A model generated the notes under the pieces. The model had not been told where the DNA came from. It saw only the letters and a list, made by a program, of their open reading frames with translations, and did no database searches. Below, piece after piece: positions 62,944 to 64,000 of a DNA stretch of 64,000 bases (the stretch's first letter is position 1; every line of letters begins with the position of its first letter). This DNA is from Nitrosopumilus sp. GTDB lineage: Archaea > Thermoproteota > Nitrososphaeria > Nitrososphaerales > Nitrosopumilaceae. The stretch lies in contig OZ240211.1 in NCBI GenBank assembly GCA_965197525.1, forward strand, positions 448,001 to 512,000, given 5' to 3'. A program made the translations under genes and the position numbers.

Positions 62944-63819
62944 TTATCTCCTCTTAAACAGGTGTTTTAGTGGCAGGATGTAATCCTGATCAGTTAACAA
63001 TGTTACAGCATCAATCTTGCTATTCATCATACTAGTCTTGAATTGAGAGTTGTTTTTATTGACCAGTTCAGAGTATGCGTCTCTGAATATCTCATCAGAT
63101 GTATCCACAAGAATCTGTTCCCCTGTCTCCTCATCTTCTAGCTCTATAAGACCCACATCAGGAATTTCAATCTCCCTTTTATCGACTATACGTAACGCAA
63201 TGACATCATGATACTGTCCGAGTATCTTCAGAGACATGGTAAATTGAGTGTCATCCAAAAAATCGGATATAACAAAAACAAGACTCTTTCTTTTGATGAT
63301 TTTAAATATGTGTTTGAGGGATCGCTGCAGATCAGTATTGACAGAATTTGGTGTAAATGCAGAGATAATACTCAGAGATTGGAGTATGTGCCGTTTACCT
63401 TTTCTTAAGGGAATAAACTTTTCAATGTCATCAGATACCAAAAATACCCCAACTCCGTTATTATCCCTGAGTGCGGCAAACATGAGGGTTGCAATTATCT
63501 CAAGGGAACGGTCCCTCTTTGAGATGTTTGAGCCAAAACTGTTAGAGCCAGACACGTCAATTACAAAGTAGATTTGTAAATCTCGCTCCTCGATAAACTC
63601 CTTTATGTAAGGACGGTTAAACCTAGCAGTAACATTCCAGTCTATTGCTCGCACGTCATCGCCTGGTCCATACTCCCTAAGATCTGAGAATTCTAACCCC
63701 TGTCCCTTGAATACGGAATGATGCTTGCCGACTACTAAACCCTCAACTAGATGTTTTGTTGTAATATCCACTCTATGCAACTTTTTTAAGATTTGAGTTA
63801 TTGGAGACATAATGCACAC
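62944..63819 (-). CDS. DUF58-family protein
   Basis: GQGLEFSDLREYGPGDDVRAIDWNVTAR, DVSGS, VISDF; start may be ATG 63810. Confidence 0.92.
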   Translation of the reverse strand: MCIMSPITQILKKLHRVDITTKHLVEGLVVGKHHSVFKGQGLEFSDLREYGPGDDVRAIDWNVTARFNRPYIKEFIEERDLQIYFVIDVSGSNSFGSNISKRDRSLEIIATLMFAALRDNNGVGVFLVSDDIEKFIPLRKGKRHILQSLSIISAFTPNSVNTDLQRSLKHIFKIIKRKSLVFVISDFLDDTQFTMSLKILGQYHDVIALRIVDKREIEIPDVGLIELEDEETGEQILVDTSDEIFRDAYSELVNKNNSQFKTSMMNSKIDAVTLLTDQDYILPLKHLFKRR

Positions 63820-63843
63820 ATATTAAATATTTGAAATATGCCA

Positions 63844-64000
63844 CTATGGCACTTTGATCTTCTCTAAGATTTTTTGTATAATGTCGTCAGGTGTGATCCG
63901 TTCTGCTTCGGCTTCATATGTTAGAATGATTCGATGACGAAGGACATCGTAGGCTATATTTTGTACATCTTGCGGAGTTACGTATCCTCTTCCTTGCAGT
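63844..64000 (-). CDS. moxR: MoxR-family AAA+ ATPase, C-terminal fragment (runs off window)
   Basis: LQGRGYVTPQDVQNIAYDVLRHRIILTYEAEAERITPDDIIQKILEKIKVP*. Confidence 0.9.
   Translation of the reverse strand, partial: LQGRGYVTPQDVQNIAYDVLRHRIILTYEAEAERITPDDIIQKILEKIKVP

Noticed and set aside
1-64000. CRISPR array, tRNA or rRNA
   Set aside because: All tandem repeats are in-frame coding modules without unique spacers; no cas genes, T-loop consensus or rRNA-like segment recognised.

Overview
Archaeal window. Gene content (aEF-2 with the diphthamide-loop His, PAC2, XPB-Bax1, Lrp, futalosine-pathway MqnE/MqnD, MoxR-DUF58-VWA) and protein style point to Nitrososphaerota (Nitrosopumilaceae-like). 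Giant repeat-rich surface proteins, IS debris and pseudogenes suggest a host-associated lineage (inference). An AT-rich core backbone (about 7-23 kb and 52-64 kb) is interrupted by accessory DNA. This includes a giant BspA/Ig/P-domain surface-protein gene running off the left edge (1-5351, absent from the ORF track), two tandem Ig-repeat paralogues (23.7-30.9 kb), and a GC-rich ~5,065-aa subtilisin/BspA/Ig/10x P-domain gene split by a 1-bp deletion (34.9-50.0 kb) and flanked by IS630 debris. The most striking element is at 31387-32674: a 1,288-bp unit whose only gene is a tnpB with intact RuvC motifs. It is bounded by perfect 25-bp terminal inverted repeats (GGTTCTGT..., IS6-like) and an exact 8-bp target-site duplication, which canonical IS200/IS605 tnpB elements do not have. 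A second, decayed tnpB (5.6-6.4 kb) carries the same end motif and abuts a probable DDE-transposase relic, and a third end lies at 55825. No tRNA, rRNA or CRISPR array was recognised. All calls are by-eye motif recognition; no database search was run.
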